Origin: Octopus vulgaris
Lineage: Eukaryota
Length of the DNA stretch: 64,000 nucleotides
Assembly (NCBI GenBank): GCA_951406725.2
Contig: OX597838.1
Span: 17,546,001-17,610,000 of the forward strand
Direction of reading: 5' to 3'
Shown: positions 38,565-54,425 of the stretch, one piece after another
Layout: each line of letters begins with the position of its first letter
How positions within the stretch are numbered: the first letter of the stretch is position 1
The notes under the pieces: generated by a model
Told to the model about the DNA's origin: nothing
Database searches by the model: none
Seen by the model: the letters and a program-made list of their open reading frames with translations, nothing else
Position numbers and translations under genes: made by a program

Positions 38565-39541
38565 GCAAAGCTTTCCAGTTTGTCGATAACTCGTGAAAAT
38601 AGCATCGAAACGTTTCATCTTCAAAAACACCGATATAAACCCACATATTCCGTACATAGCGTTACGATGTAGGATATGTGGAATCCAAAAAAAAAAAAAA
38701 ATACAACAACAACAAAAAAAACACGACATTACCTTACGAACAATGAATTGTAAAAAAAAAAGCATTCACGGTCACGTGACTGCCCGTATATGTATGTGCG
38801 AGTGTTGTACATGCGTACAAGTAAGAGAGAGAGAAACAGAGAGACAGAAAGACAGACAGTGAATGTGTGTGTGTAAGTATGAGTTTATATATGTGTGTCT
38901 GTGTGTTTACGTGTATTGTTAGATACACAACAGGATATATTATAACAACATATATAAACACACACCCCCAAACAAATCAAACCAACTAGCACCCCACCCG
39001 TTACACGAAAAGGGTTAGTTTCATGATTTTCTTATTTCGATTTTGTTCACTTAAATTTCTTTATTGAACACTTCTAGTTACTTACACCTCCTCCTCCATC
39101 TCCACCTCCTCCGCTTCCTTCTACTTCTTCTCCTCTTTCTCCATCTTCTTTTTCTTCTCTTCTCTTTTTCTCTCCTCCTCCTCCTCCTCCTCCTCCTGCA
39201 TTGATTTCATTTTATTTTTTATTGAAGTACAACAAAAGCAAAAAAGACAAGAAAACTACACAAGTAACCAAAGACAGTTTCCGGAAGAAGCCATTTTGGC
39301 TGTCGAATATTCTGATTTTCGATCATATTTTTTTTTTTTTTTGTTTTTTTGTTTTTTGTTATGATAACAATTATATATTTATGATTTCCCATATCTATTT
39401 TCCCATATTTATTTTGGGGTGGGGACGGGTGTTTTGCCAACATATTTTGAAAAAAAATTAGTCACACCTTTTACCTGTTTAAATTTTGTTTAAACACACG
39501 TGTACATTTTTCACTACCATGACGCAACATATACACCAAAA

Positions 39542-39580
<39 letters not shown>

Positions 39581-39687
39581 CACATTTATACACATTCATT
39601 GATATAAACACACTCATATTGTTCAAAATGTATACATACATAAATACATGCATACACACACATATATACGAGTATGTTTAATACATA

Positions 39688-39735
<48 letters not shown>

Positions 39736-39801
39736 CACACACACACATACACACGCACATATATATATATATGCATGTATATGTGTATGTATATATATAT
39801 G

Positions 39802-39840
<39 letters not shown>

Positions 39841-39936
39841 GTGTATGTATGTACTTGGGGAAAATTATGCATGTGTTCTTATATTTGTACTCTTATCTAT
39901 GTATAGGTTTCAACAAACCTACATTTATCAATGAGC

Positions 39937-40006
<70 letters not shown>

Positions 40007-40241
40007 GTATATATGTATGTATATATACGTATATGTATATGTATGTATATACATATGTATCATGTATGTATGTATGTATGTATGATGTATGCGCGCATGT
40101 ATGCAGATATTTAGGTGTGTTTGTTTGTGGCTATATACACAAAATTACAAAGTTTAGTGAGAATTTTTTAAAAAATAATTTTTTAAATCATACCAGCATC
40201 ATCTAATTTATCAAAGATTTTTTCTTAACAGTCCTCGTTGA

Positions 40242-40281
<40 letters not shown>

Positions 40282-41064
40282 TATATATTATATATTATAT
40301 ATAAATTTTTAGATATGGAAGGAGAAAATGGTAATAAAATCAATGGAAACTAGTTTAATAATTAAAATAATTAATGTATTTGTGAAATGTCATGTCTGGT
40401 CGGATTGTAAACTTGAAGATTGGATTTGACAACAAGTGCGAGTCTTTCACACAAGCAGTTTTATTATAAACGGAGTGGTTCAATTATGAAAGAATTCAGA
40501 TCTTCGACCAATAAATCCAACTCGCAGTAAAAGTGAAGTGGCAAGAATGAGAGTTAAAGAATTCAAAAAACAATACAAAACAAAAAAAAAATAACGAAAG
40601 AAAAAAAAAATGAATACGCAAAATATCATGATATAATTTGAGGTTAATTTCATAGTAAATTCGCATGACGGGAAATTTTTGGACCAGCTGGAAAGTTCTT
40701 GATAAATATTTTGTCCCTTTTTTATTTGTTTTTTGTTTGATTTTTTTTTTTTTTTCAACCAAGATTTCTATCGAAGATGTATTCATTGTGCATCTTTTTG
40801 GGATCCTTTTTGTAAAATAGTAAATGATGAGTAAAGAATTTTGCCTAGAAAATTTAATATAGACAAAATAACTACTTTACCAAAACGTTACATCCACGAG
40901 AGATTTTCATACGCTTTGATACATAGTGTACAAACAAAGAAGTACGGGCGAAGTGCAAATTGTGCGACAGTCAAGTCAGTATACATTCAGGGTTTATCCA
41001 AATTTATTTCAAGTGCCATTAAATGAATTGGTTTAATTCTTTTCATTTTTAATTTGAGTGTAAG

Positions 41065-41350
41065 CTGTGAGTCAATGATGAGATGATGGTTTAACTGAGA
41101 GTTAAATCAATGTTGTGATGGCAGTTTGGTTGAAGCTTTTGAGGTGGTTTTAGCGGAAGGTTGATTCAATGTTGTTATAGCGGTTAAACTAAAGATTGAA
41201 CCATGGCTCAAATTGCCGTTTCACTGGATGTTTAACCAAGATTGGGACGCTGGGTTTGCTGAAGATTGAATCAATGTTGTGACAGCGGTTTTACAGAAGG
41301 TTTGACCAATGTCCAGATGGTGGTTTAACTCGAGATTGAAGACTTATGGA
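41065..41350. repeat. Degenerate minisatellite (tcaatgttgtgatagcggtttaactgaagattg-like)
   Basis: Recurring caatg..ggttt.actg motifs; period estimated by eye. Confidence 0.55.
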
Positions 41351-42048
41351 GCGAGTGTAATAGAATTGGTGAGTCAGTTGTTGTTGATTGTTTCTGTTCA
41401 AAGTTGTTGTTTGTTTCGGTCTCTTCTTCTTCTTCTTTCTTCCTTCTTCCTCCACCTCCTCCTCTTCCTTCTTCCTACTCCTCCTCTTTTTTCCTCCTTT
41501 TCCTCTTCCTCCTCCTCCTCCTCCTCTTCCACCTGCACCTTCTGCTTCTTCTTTCCCTTCTTATTCTTCTTCGCGAATGAAGGATAGTTAGACCATAAAA
41601 TGAATGGGTTGCCAATCCTTCCTTGCCTCACCTACTTATTTTCTTTCCAAAACCAACCAACCCATCCACCCAACCCCACCACCTCACACTCTTGACTTTG
41701 CTTATTTTCATCCTCCTTCACCCCCTCCTCCGTTCGTAGAAATATTCCTGAAAGTCAGGGCACCTGTTCTGATGAGCAACCATTAACATTCCCTCCCCGA
41801 CCCCGACCCCGACCCCCACACCCACTCACCTACCCCTATTGATATCGTTTTAATCGACATACTGAGATATATAATTTGATATGGATATCTTTTGATATAT
41901 GTTCATAGAGATGATATTTATTGATATCCTCTACGATTTATATCTTCATTTTATATTGTTATACGGTGTGAAGGGGGTGTGAAAGACAAGTCTAATAAAG
42001 AACGCTCACATAATCAGTTAATTAAACACGCAATATTAATTATCAAAT

Positions 42049-42275
42049 AAGGCGGCCAGCTGGCAGAAACGTTAGCACGCCGGGCGAAATGCTTAGCGGC
42101 ATTTCTTCAGTCTTTAATGTTCTGGGTTCAGATTCCGTCGAGGTCGACTTTGCCTTTCATCCTTTCCAGGGTCGATGAATTAAGTACCAGTTGCATACTG
42201 GGGTCGATCTAATCGACTGGTCCCCTCCCCCAAAACCAAAAAAATTTCAGGCCTAATGCCTAGAGTAGAAAAGAA
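42049..42275 (+). mobile_element. SINE family A-related
   Basis: Same head and core; tail ..cccctcccccaaa..ggcctaatgcctagagtagaaa. Confidence 0.8.
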
Positions 42276-42899
42276 TATTAACTATTAAATATAATTCTGT
42301 TTTATCGTTTGTTTATTTTTTATCTGGAAATAAATCATTTCTTAATCCCTTTATAATCCATCTCAAACCACCAGTTGGTGGCCTGTTAATGAAACAGAAG
42401 TATTTGTACTTCGTTAAACTTATAAAGGACTGAGCTAAGGACCAGTTTCCCTACTGTAATGGTCAGCTGAAAGCCACTTTGAACATTTAACATTTACAAT
42501 CATTCTACATATTATTTATTTCTATAGTTTTAGTCAGTAGAGAAGCTGTCTGAATGGATTGAACCCGTGACAGTTAGATTTAAATTATTCCCTTTTCTCG
42601 TCAATGAAATCATTGCATGATATAAAATTTATAATTCTTTTCCAAATAAAAAAAAAAAAGTGTCATCTCTTTCAATTAACATTAAACGACGAAACCCTAC
42701 GTAGGGTGGTGCCAGTAGAAAAAAACGGATCAAACATTTCAATTCGTCCCTTTAGCTCCGAGATCTAGTTCGGCCGGTCAACAATGCCTTTAATCCTAAC
42801 TCTAGGATCGATAAGGTAGATTGCCCATCACATTCTGGATAGATTCGGTCGTCGACTATACACCTTTTCCGAACAATATTTGGACTTGTATCAAGTCAC

Positions 42900-42970
<71 letters not shown>

Positions 42971-43196
42971 TATAAACATGTATACATTCGCACGATCTTA
43001 CGTATGCATGCTCATAAAGTGTACATTTCCATAACTAAAAAGTACTATCTATGCACACAAAAAAACAGTAATACATACGTACATACGTTTTATATATACA
43101 ACACACACACACACATACACACACATATATATATATGTGTGTATGTGTATACATATATATATATGCATTTATATATATACATATATATATATATAC

Positions 43197-43251
<55 letters not shown>

Positions 43252-43447
43252 TACATATATATAATATACATTATATTATATTATATATTTATATATACAG
43301 CGTGAGCAGAAAAGAGGGTAAAGCCATAGCTGAGGGAGCTGGGAGGGGAGAGCTGGGGAGGAATGTATATTAAATCTTTAAATCAACGAAAACTTAAAAT
43401 ATCAATAAATATTTACAGGACATGCTATTTAAATACATTTCCCCTTG

Positions 43448-43553
<106 letters not shown>

Positions 43554-43735
43554 CGCGTAGACCACCAGGCATAAGCCCATACTTACATTCACATACACAC
43601 ACTCATACGTATACATAGATATGTATACATACAAACATGCATATATATATAATATATATATATATATGTGTATATATTTATAGGTAAATAGATAAATAGG
43701 TAGATAGATATATACATATGTTCACACATATACAT

Positions 43736-43787
<52 letters not shown>

Positions 43788-44013
43788 CCCGTTGTTAAGT
43801 AGCGGGCCTGAGAAGTACTCAATACAAACATAAGTGTGCATTAGATCATTTAGGCCGGTCCAGGGCTCTTCTATTCAGAAGCTTTCACCGCGTGCTGTTG
43901 CTTCTTGAGACTAGACATGTCTGAAGAAGCGGGTGCAAGCCGTGGAAACTCAAGAGAAATAGGTCACTAGACCGACCTAAATGAACTAATGATATATATA
44001 TATATATTTATAT

Positions 44014-44077
<64 letters not shown>

Positions 44078-44190
44078 GTACATACATACATACTTATATA
44101 TATAGGTATGAGAGTACGCATGTGCCTATGTATGTCTCCATATATACACGTACGTGCGCGTATATACATATATGTATATGTATATGATAT

Positions 44191-44232
<42 letters not shown>

Positions 44233-44341
44233 ATATATATATATATATATATGATATACAATATATATATATAATATATATATATATATATACAATATAT
44301 ATATATGAATATATATATATATATTCATATATATATATATA

Positions 44342-44377
<36 letters not shown>

Positions 44378-44414
44378 CATGTATATTTACACGCGCACAC
44401 ATTTATGTATATAT

Positions 44415-44471
<57 letters not shown>

Positions 44472-45273
44472 ATGCAAATATGAATATATTTTGTATTCAT
44501 GCCTCTATTCGTATATATATATTTACGATGTAATATGTATGATGAGCTGGAATGTAAATCTATGATGATATACCACTCAGTATGTTTAATAAAAAGAGAT
44601 TCTAAGTTTGTTCGATGAATCGTGTACAGGGAGAGAGTGCGTTGCCCAAAATACTCGGTGTTACTGTAAAACAAAACCCATCGGTACTTTTTTATATTGT
44701 TGTATTATAAGTGCTAGTTGTTCAAATATCATAACAACTATCGGAACGCTATGGGTTGGTTATGACTCTCAGAATAGTTTTTTTTTTCTCTCTCTCATTA
44801 TAAATATTACACATCTTCCTTAATTATATAATTTTACTGACACGATATTTTATCTTGTAATGTATCATGGAGAATAGTTCTGTACAGTTGTCACCTTGAT
44901 CAGAGAACCTAAGAAGCATGATCGACGTAAATTTCGTGTAGTCTAGAAAAAGAACAAAACTATGAACAGTGAATGGTATCAGAGTATTTATCAAATTCCT
45001 AGGGTTATATATCTACATACATACATACATAGATACATACAGACATACACACACACATATGTATATATATATTACACGTAACCTAGTAATCCATACTGAG
45101 AAGGTTTTAGGCCGTTTTATATTTATAGAGGTTATGAGTGTCACGGTCTGTTCATTTTGATGTGTTCGAGAACAATTCAGCAAGGAAAAATTTTGGTCCA
45201 GTTTTACTAATGTAAAGAAAAAAAGACAACGCCTATAAGTGTGCGTATATGTGTTTGTATACATACATATATA

Positions 45274-45309
<36 letters not shown>

Positions 45310-46545
45310 TATATGTAAGTATGAGAAGGTGAGAAATAATGGTTTAAGTGTTTCGCATGAAGTAAGAAATTTTTGAGAAGTTATAATGTCTGAAACCTCC
45401 AAATTCTGTTCGAACGTTAGCTTATACAATATTTTTTGAGCCAAAATAACTGAGAAATCAAAAGGATGTATTTAACTCGAAAAATAAAGGATAAATGTTT
45501 GCTGTAGAAGATTCTTTCCAAATTAGAATGATAATCACACAGAATATCTTATAATTAAACAAACGGCAGGATGCTGTAACATGGCGTATAATATTTCAAA
45601 CAGACGAGATTGGCGATAACTATTTTTTTATCAAACACATTGAATACTTGAGTGTCACAAAATTTCAGATGTACTATAGAAATTCGAAGCCAAGTAGAGG
45701 CAAAATGTTATGGGTAAAGATTATTTTTAAATTTAAACGCTTAAAGGAAATTATGAAGGGTTCCAAGAAAATGGAAATATCTTCATTTATAGTTGATGCC
45801 ACTGAGAGATGTTTACAAAATAACAAGATAAACTATTACTAAGCAATAAACTAAGAAACGGTAAAACAAAAGGATTTATACAAGGAAATGTGAAATATTT
45901 ATTCGACTAATTAGTTATTTGTCAGCCATGAACAGTTCAAATATCTAATTAAATTGTTTTTTTTGGAGTCTATATTATTTGCCGAGCGAGTTGAAAGCAA
46001 TTTTGCCTCAATGTTGAATTCTTGTCTATAAGTAAGCAATTTACACATACATGCTGGTATTTTTTATTCCAGATAGATTGACTGTGATCGATATTAGACG
46101 ATTTTCATCATAGACAAGAAACTGATCTATTATAAGTGTTGCATCCTCAGTTAAGTTTAACTTTTTACCGGAGAAAGAAAATTTAAAAAAAAAAAAAACG
46201 ATTTGTATAAAACACAATATGTTTACGTGAGACTTGAACATGCTGTCGCTTTATTTATGAGTGTGACACTTCAAACAACGCAAAACAACCATAAACGTAT
46301 GTGAGCGTCAGAAAGAGTTGGTTTAAATTGGTAGAGGAAACAGTCATGCGGTATTTTAGCCTAAAAACTATTTAGGCCCAATAATTATATACTGTCTGGG
46401 TGAAGATAAGAAAGAAAATCGAATAAACCACAGAAACACTACACCCTTTTTTATATAGCTTAATACTCAAATATAATGCTAGCAGCACAGAACTTATTAA
46501 ATATGATTTTGCGGATTATGTTTAAGCTGTTTTCCTTTTGTTTTA

Positions 46546-46595
<50 letters not shown>

Positions 46596-46760
46596 TGGAT
46601 ACGCAATGGTCGAGTGACCACTCTGTCGGGTTTTCGGATTTTAGGTTTTTGAATCGTGAGGTTGTAAAACGCTGCAAAAACTGGGTTGTGTCTCCGGGCA
46701 AAACATTTAAGATTACTTGCCTAAATCTTGAAAACCCACTTAAGTACTTATTTATTACCA

Positions 46761-46827
<67 letters not shown>

Positions 46828-47073
46828 CATTGTTGTTATTATGATTATAAAATATTGTTTCCTTTAAATAACTTAATTATAAATGATACTGATATTTTAG
46901 ACAAGCAGAAGTTATAATTAAGAAAATTAACGATATATAACGTCAAGTAATTAATTTAAATGACAATTATAAAATGGCTGCCAAGAAACATTTTAGCCAA
47001 AAATTTACTAGATTATGTACAGTTACTTTTAGTTGTTCATGTTGCCGTTGTTGTTGCTGTGAACGTTACAACA

Positions 47074-47121
<48 letters not shown>

Positions 47122-47830
47122 TTGTTATTATTATTATTGTCATTATTATTATATATCAATTTATTGAATCAATACACTACTCTATAAATAATTTCTAAAA
47201 ACACAAAAAAAAAATTCTACCAGTATATGCCTCCCAAGCCTAAACTTGAACGCGTGCCCTGGCCGTCCAGTGTGAGCGAGATAAAGCATTTTACAGCAAT
47301 GTCTGAATGCGAAATTGAATCTTAAAATGGGAAAGACCGATACAAATCAAAAATGAAAATCGAATTCTGAAATACAAAACGCATCACAAAAGAGGTTAGA
47401 TTTTTATTAACGGATTTTTTTTTTTTTAATCCTTAACATACACAGCGAAAAATAATATACGCATTTCATAAATTTTACACACTCAGTTCAACATATCTAT
47501 TCGTTCATATAAGCAAACAAATACATATATATATACACAGAATGCACACATGCATTAACACAAATATTTTTGTGTACATATTTATCGCGTATGCAACTTA
47601 TATGACGCATAAATAATTATAAACCGAATGTTATTCATAAATATTTATATATATATATATATATACCCCGACTTTATATATACCCACACACACGCAGAAA
47701 CACACATCACGCACACACATATTAGACTGAAAAATAACAGAGAGGCTCCACCAGGCCAACTTGCCCTACATACACTACTTGAAGACAATGACTTCAATGG
47801 TGAACATCACCCCAATAAGGGTTATCGACT

Positions 47831-47880
<50 letters not shown>

Positions 47881-47951
47881 TTTATATACATATATATATA
47901 AATACATAAATATATGCATACACATATGTATATATGTATTTAAATATACAA

Positions 47952-47985
<34 letters not shown>

Positions 47986-49666
47986 TCATGTGTGTTTATA
48001 CATTTATGGATGTATTTATACATGTGTGTGGGTGCGTGTGTGTATATGTATGTATGTATACACATATGCATGCATATATATGTGTATGTATGAATGTATT
48101 ATATGTATGATACATTTAAATGCGTAAATGCTTACCAACCTATCTACTTTGGATGCAACTAAATATGTCTGTGTTTGTTCATGTTCTTTAGTGTCTGACC
48201 TTTTCTTACTCAAGACTGTGTCGATGTCCAATTATGAATGTGTGTGCATATTTACGTATGTCTGTGTGTGATCGCCCGTACACTATGTGACGTCAAAAGT
48301 TATGTGAAGATGACGTCCCAGTTTGTTTAAAAGTCTCTTTCAGCACAAAGGGAAAACCATTTATAAGTAAAATGAAAGACACACGTCGGAGCCATTGGCA
48401 AAATTAAGATTGTTATTTTGTTGTTTAAGGTGGTGGTAGGAGTGGAGCAGTATAATGGTTGATATGTTTGCTAAAGGAACTCCCAGGAAATACCCAAGTT
48501 TGGAAACGGCGGGTGTGCTCTAATGTTGGGTGGGGTTGAAGATATTAGCTTTGTCGAGAGTATTCGAATTATGCGCAATGGTCGCGTTCGTTGTGAGAAT
48601 TACAAGGAAAACGTGAGTAAATTTAGACAAAAACTGCGTTTAATAGTCAGAAATTCTGTTGTATGCAACTGTGCTTCTCAAAACATTTTATCTATCAGCC
48701 CTATTCTTTTACCAACACTTTTTCAACGCCCCCTTGACACGATTCTGTAAAATTCAATACTTCTCTATATGGACACATAGTTGTGCACAAACAAGACAGG
48801 ACGTTACCTAATGCTACAGCCTGCATATATAGTAGTAACCACAGAATTTTATTATTGAATTCTACAGTCAAATTAGACATTTGTTTATCGTTTAGAATTT
48901 ACACGCATAGATGGTATAATCAGTTTTGTTCATTTATTTATTTATTTATTTATTCACACTTCGAAGTTTATCATTATTGTTGTTATTATTGTTATTGTCA
49001 TTGCTGTTGCTGTGATTATGGTTAACAAGCGGTTTATCATAATATTATTATTACATTCAATTTTTTTTTTTTAAAGTTAAAAATTAAAAAGCTGTTTAGA
49101 CACATCTATCGCCTCCTGCCGTCCTTTTGTCTCTGGTACCCATCTAAAACTTTTCACCAACAACTTTGAGAAGCACTCGTATACCTTTTGGGGGAGGATG
49201 AAGAGCGGCAAAATTATCGAGCTTTTAGAAAAAGATCTGCAACGTTGGTGCCATGGGATAGTCTTCACTATTCGAGAAACATTTTTCATGGAAATCCATT
49301 GATTAGAACAACAGAAATGTTACAGAATAATGCCATAAAATACATTTATAAGTTCATAAAATAAAAAAGAAATATATCTTAAAGACCACGAATTTTTCTA
49401 CCTTCATTATTCCTCTTCTTTGTATGAATATTTTTACATGATAAATTAATTAAATAAGAAGTTCAAAGAATTAATTAATGAATGCAAAGAATTTTTTTTT
49501 TTTGTTTTATACTGGGGTAGATATAATCGACAAACTCCAAACCCAAACTAATTTTCTGGCCTTGTGCCTATGTTAAAAACCATTATCGTTATTATCATCA
49601 TCATCATCATCATCATCATCATTATCATCCTCATCGTCGTCGTCGTTATTATTATCATCATCATCA

Positions 49667-49755
<89 letters not shown>

Positions 49756-49780
49756 GTTATTATTATTATTATCATTATTT

Positions 49781-49997
49781 AAGGCGGTGAGCAGGCAGAA
49801 TTGTTAGCACGCCGGGCCAAACACTTAGCAGCATTTTGCCTGTCTTTCTTTACGTTCTGAGTTCAAATTCCGCCGAGGTTGACTTTGCTTTTCATCCTTT
49901 CCGGGTCGATGAAATAAGTACCAGTTGAATACTGGGGTCGATGTAATCGACTATCCCCCCTCCCAAATTTCAGGCTTTGTGCCTATAGTAAAAACGA

Positions 49998-50000
<3 letters not shown>
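49781..50000 (+). mobile_element. SINE family A-related within (ATT)n
   Basis: Same head and core as the other A-related copies. Confidence 0.8.
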
Positions 50001-50033
<33 letters not shown>

Positions 50034-50241
50034 GTTAGATGTGAGTTTCTACTGCAGCACCTGATGAAATCCCTATGTTCCTGAGGTGTGTGTAGCATCG
50101 TACGTTTTTATTTTGTTTTTGTTGTTGTGGGAACTGGTGAAATATAGTCTCTTTCGTGGACTTCACCAATTTGCTTTGTTATGGAATTGTTTCTTGTATT
50201 CCACATGTGTGGTGTGTAAGGTGAACCGTGGTACTGTGTGG

Positions 50242-50285
<44 letters not shown>

Positions 50286-50577
50286 ATGTATGTCTGTGTG
50301 CGTTACTTATATGAATAGTGGAAATACACATAACATACATTCATACATGCATATCCATCTACAGGCATATATACCTACATGAATGTATATGTGTGTATGT
50401 CTATGTATATATCAAAATGTTAATTATACACTTACATAATTTAACATACATTATGCAATTCAATAAGCTTGTATATAATCATATAATAACTTAATACATA
50501 TATACGTGCATGAATCTATATACACGAGTATACGCGTACTTATCCATATCTGCATATAGTTTCACACATAGATATCG

Positions 50578-50636
<59 letters not shown>

Positions 50637-50670
50637 TATACATGTATGGAAACATATCTGTGTGTGTATG

Positions 50671-50725
<55 letters not shown>

Positions 50726-51370
50726 CCGTGATAAATTGGCAATTCCATACATTTTTATCTTTGTGTGTTAGAGAGGAAGAGAGAATGGAGAGAGAGAGAG
50801 AATGAAAGGCAAAGAGCAAGTTGTGTGTGTAGAAACACGGTATTATATTATGAAAATTCTTGCATGGTTTTCTCCCATTCCACAGTGATCAAATGTATTT
50901 GATATTCTCATTGGTTTGTCCTGTTGAACACAATTCAAGTGATAGATCAATGATAACGGTGCACCACAGCTTGTAGCTACTCCTCAACTGGTAAATGACA
51001 CTACGCACGTACACATAAGCTGGTACAGTTTTATTTAGTATACCACACCTGGTAAGTACAGCTCAGCTGCTAGTTCCTTTTACTGGTACACTTCAGCTGC
51101 TGTGCATTGCTGATGCACTTCTTAGACAGAAGGAACACTTAACTGGAGTATTCTGCTAGTACAAGAACCATTGAATTCTCTGTTTGTCGTAATACATGAT
51201 AATGAACACTTTCAATTTGTCCCAATTAAGTTTTTACGTATTACAAACATGAAAATAGCAAAATACGTGTATATACGTGTGTGTGTGTGTGTGTGTGTGT
51301 AAAGTGCGTAACGTAATATTAGAGTCTTGGTCTATATATATATATGTGCATATAGATATATACATATAAC

Positions 51371-51403
<33 letters not shown>

Positions 51404-52130
51404 TATATGTATAATACAAAATGGGACAAGAACGCAAAACATCCGGTGATACAAAAAAGGGACAACAAAACATCCAGATAGGCGATACAAAGAAAGCAAG
51501 AACGAGTCATTCGAAGTTTTCTTTCTTCAGTCAAGCACCAGATTATCCTCGCAATTTCGGCTGATTATTCTTAAGATTGCTCCAATCTGGCCAGCCCCAA
51601 GGAAATACTAAGTTAAGAGCATTAGATTCCTTGGAAGAAAGCAGCGAATGTATACAAAAACAAGGACGGAAAAAAACGGACAATGTTACACAAATATAAA
51701 TACAATAAAATATACATACATATATATATATATGCACATACACATACACATACACACACACATAAGGGCGAGTACATAAATGCAAATCAAGATGAAAAGA
51801 TAATACTCGTATATCAAGGAGTATAACATACTCTTTATTAAAGCCCCAAAACAGCTTCATAAACTGTTATTCAGAGTTTCACACGACTGTTTGTCGAACA
51901 GCTACGATTATATAATATTTATATCATCGCAACTGTCCGACGATCGGTGACATGAAACTTTGAGTAACTGTTTGTAAAGATTTATATATTATTATTATTA
52001 TTATTATTATTGTGATATATTATTATTATTATTATTATTATTGTGATAAAAAGTCCACAAGCCTTTTGGCTTTTATTATAACAACTTTCCCTCTCTCTCT
52101 CTCTCTCTCAGCTGATAGCATTCTATACTG

Positions 52131-52196
<66 letters not shown>

Positions 52197-52228
52197 GTGT
52201 GTGTACGTGTGTGTTCGAATGTGTGTGT

Positions 52229-52304
<76 letters not shown>

Positions 52305-52659
52305 CTATTCGACTGTCTGAAGTTAAACTCTGTAAACTGATCATTGACAACCAGACAATGTCTACAACAAAATTCTATACGCTTATTTATTATATAACAT
52401 GACTAATAAACACACTATACATCAAATAACTTCACCTGATTAATTTTTACATAGATTATGTATACGACTTTTATATTTCATAGTAAACCAGCGGAATTTC
52501 ACAAACCGTGTCAAAGGTCACATTATATTGCGTAATTAGGAAATAAAATGCCTCTTAAACATTCACTATTTGCCAATCAAAAGGGATCACTTGTGTCCTA
52601 GTTTCATGTGTTTTTATTGCATACATTTATTAATTGGATCAGTTGACCAACCCAGAAAT

Positions 52660-53090
52660 AAGCTTCCTCCAGCGATGAGAGAATGACCTGAAATAACCTT
52701 CAATCACAGGTGATAATAATAACTAAATAATGATGTTCCATCGGGGGTGGCAGTAATGACTTAGTAATGGTTTATATTGAAGATGATAGAGCAATGATCT
52801 ACAAATGACCTTGTATTAGATGTGAGAGTAATGACCAAGAAATAACCTCACATCAGAGATGCAAGTAATGATCTAATAAATAGCTTTACATCAAAGATGA
52901 ATGTAACGACCAAATGAACTCTAATAATGAGCTTACATTAGAGACGACAATACTGACCAAGTAAGGACGACACGTAAGGAACAGAAGTAATGACTTGATA
53001 AGGATCTTACATAAGGCTGACAGTAATGAACCATTAAGAACCTTACACTTGGCCCCTGAACCTTACACAAGGCTGAGAGTGATAATGTAA
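52660..53090. repeat. Degenerate minisatellite (gtaatgacc..aataaccttacatcagagat-like)
   Basis: Recurring aatgacc/aataacctt motifs at roughly 35-40 bp spacing. Confidence 0.55.
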
Positions 53091-53239
53091 TAACCTTGCG
53101 GCACACTGCCTTGATCACGTCAGTGGTTCTTACTTCGTTTTATATGGAAAATTAACCTTTACATTGTTCTTATTTTGTTGCTATTTATTATACTTCTAAG
53201 GTGTATCCAGCCAAATATGCTTATAGGGTCTTTTTTTGC

Positions 53240-53297
<58 letters not shown>

Positions 53298-53298
53298 T

Positions 53299-53336
<38 letters not shown>

Positions 53337-53369
53337 TAATGATAATAATGATGATGATGATAATAATTC

Positions 53370-53416
<47 letters not shown>

Positions 53417-54106
53417 CACGCACGTACCACTAATAGCTCATATATCTCAGAGCCTACGCAACTACAACTAAATACCAACCATACAACCCATACAATACAT
53501 GTTGACAACACTCAGCGACCACATGTCACCTGTTTTCCCTTTTCCTGTGTCAAGCCCAGAGGCAGCAGATCAAAGACACTCCAGTCGTGACGTAGTTTTT
53601 TTGTTTTTTTTAATATAGTATTTCTAGGACTACATTAATATGTGTGTCCTTCATAATTTTTTATGATGATGATGAGGTGTAAGTTGAGGGAGACTCGGCT
53701 ACTAATTTCTAGCAGGTCGAGTGTTCGCGTCAGAGCTCCTTTCTTGGTCTACCTTGTAACACGTATTGGCTGCTTGTAGGAAGATTCAGAAACTGTTGTC
53801 ATTGTAGTTGTTGTTATTGTTCCTGTTGCTGTTTTCATTGTTATTATTGTCAAGTGTTATTGTTATTATTATTACTGTTGTTAAATTTACTTTGGTTCAA
53901 TCCTCCATGGAATTCTAATTAATACATTCAATTGACAACGCACGATTTTCGGTTATACTGACCGGGTTTCACATTATAAACCGACCAGAGCCTGTTTATC
54001 TTACATAGCTTAGTAAAGTAAGCGCTAACAGATTTTATATGATGAGAAAGTAAACCAATAACAAATGAATCGCATAAACCTAGAAGGAAAAAAAAAAAAA
54101 AATCGT

Positions 54107-54425
54107 GAGGGCGCGTGGCTTTGTGGTTAGGGCATTCGGCTCATGATCGTAAGGTTGTGAGTTCGATTCCCGGCGACGCGTTGTGTCCTTGAGCAAGACA
54201 CTTTATTTCACGTTGCTCCAGTCCACTCAGCTGGCAAAAATGAGTTGTACTTGTATTTCAAAGGGTCAGCCTTGTCACTCTCTGTGTCACGCTGATTATC
54301 CCCGAGAACTACGTTAAGGGTACACGTGTCTGTGGAATGCTCAGCCATTTGCACGTTAATTTCACGAGCAAGCTGTTCCGTTGATCGTATCAGCTGGGAC
54401 CCTCGTCGTCGTAACCGGCGGAGTC
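54107..54425 (+). mobile_element. SINE with a different tRNA head but the tail of family B type 1
   Basis: Head gagggcgcgtggctttgtggttaggg..gagttcgattccc, then gtgtccttgagcaagacac; tail nearly identical to 2385-2548; TSD tagaaggaaaaa. Confidence 0.8.

Noticed and set aside
48288-48318. Paired CRE-like sites (TGACGTCA, TGACGTCC)
   Set aside because: Short motifs with no associated promoter or gene start in the window; plausible by chance.
50061-50080. CTGATGA motif
   Set aside because: No downstream GAAA/NUH arrangement or stems.
51505-51535. Minus-strand CTGAAGA-aa-GAAAAC hammerhead-like string
   Set aside because: No stem II and no convincing cleavage triplet; at best a relic.
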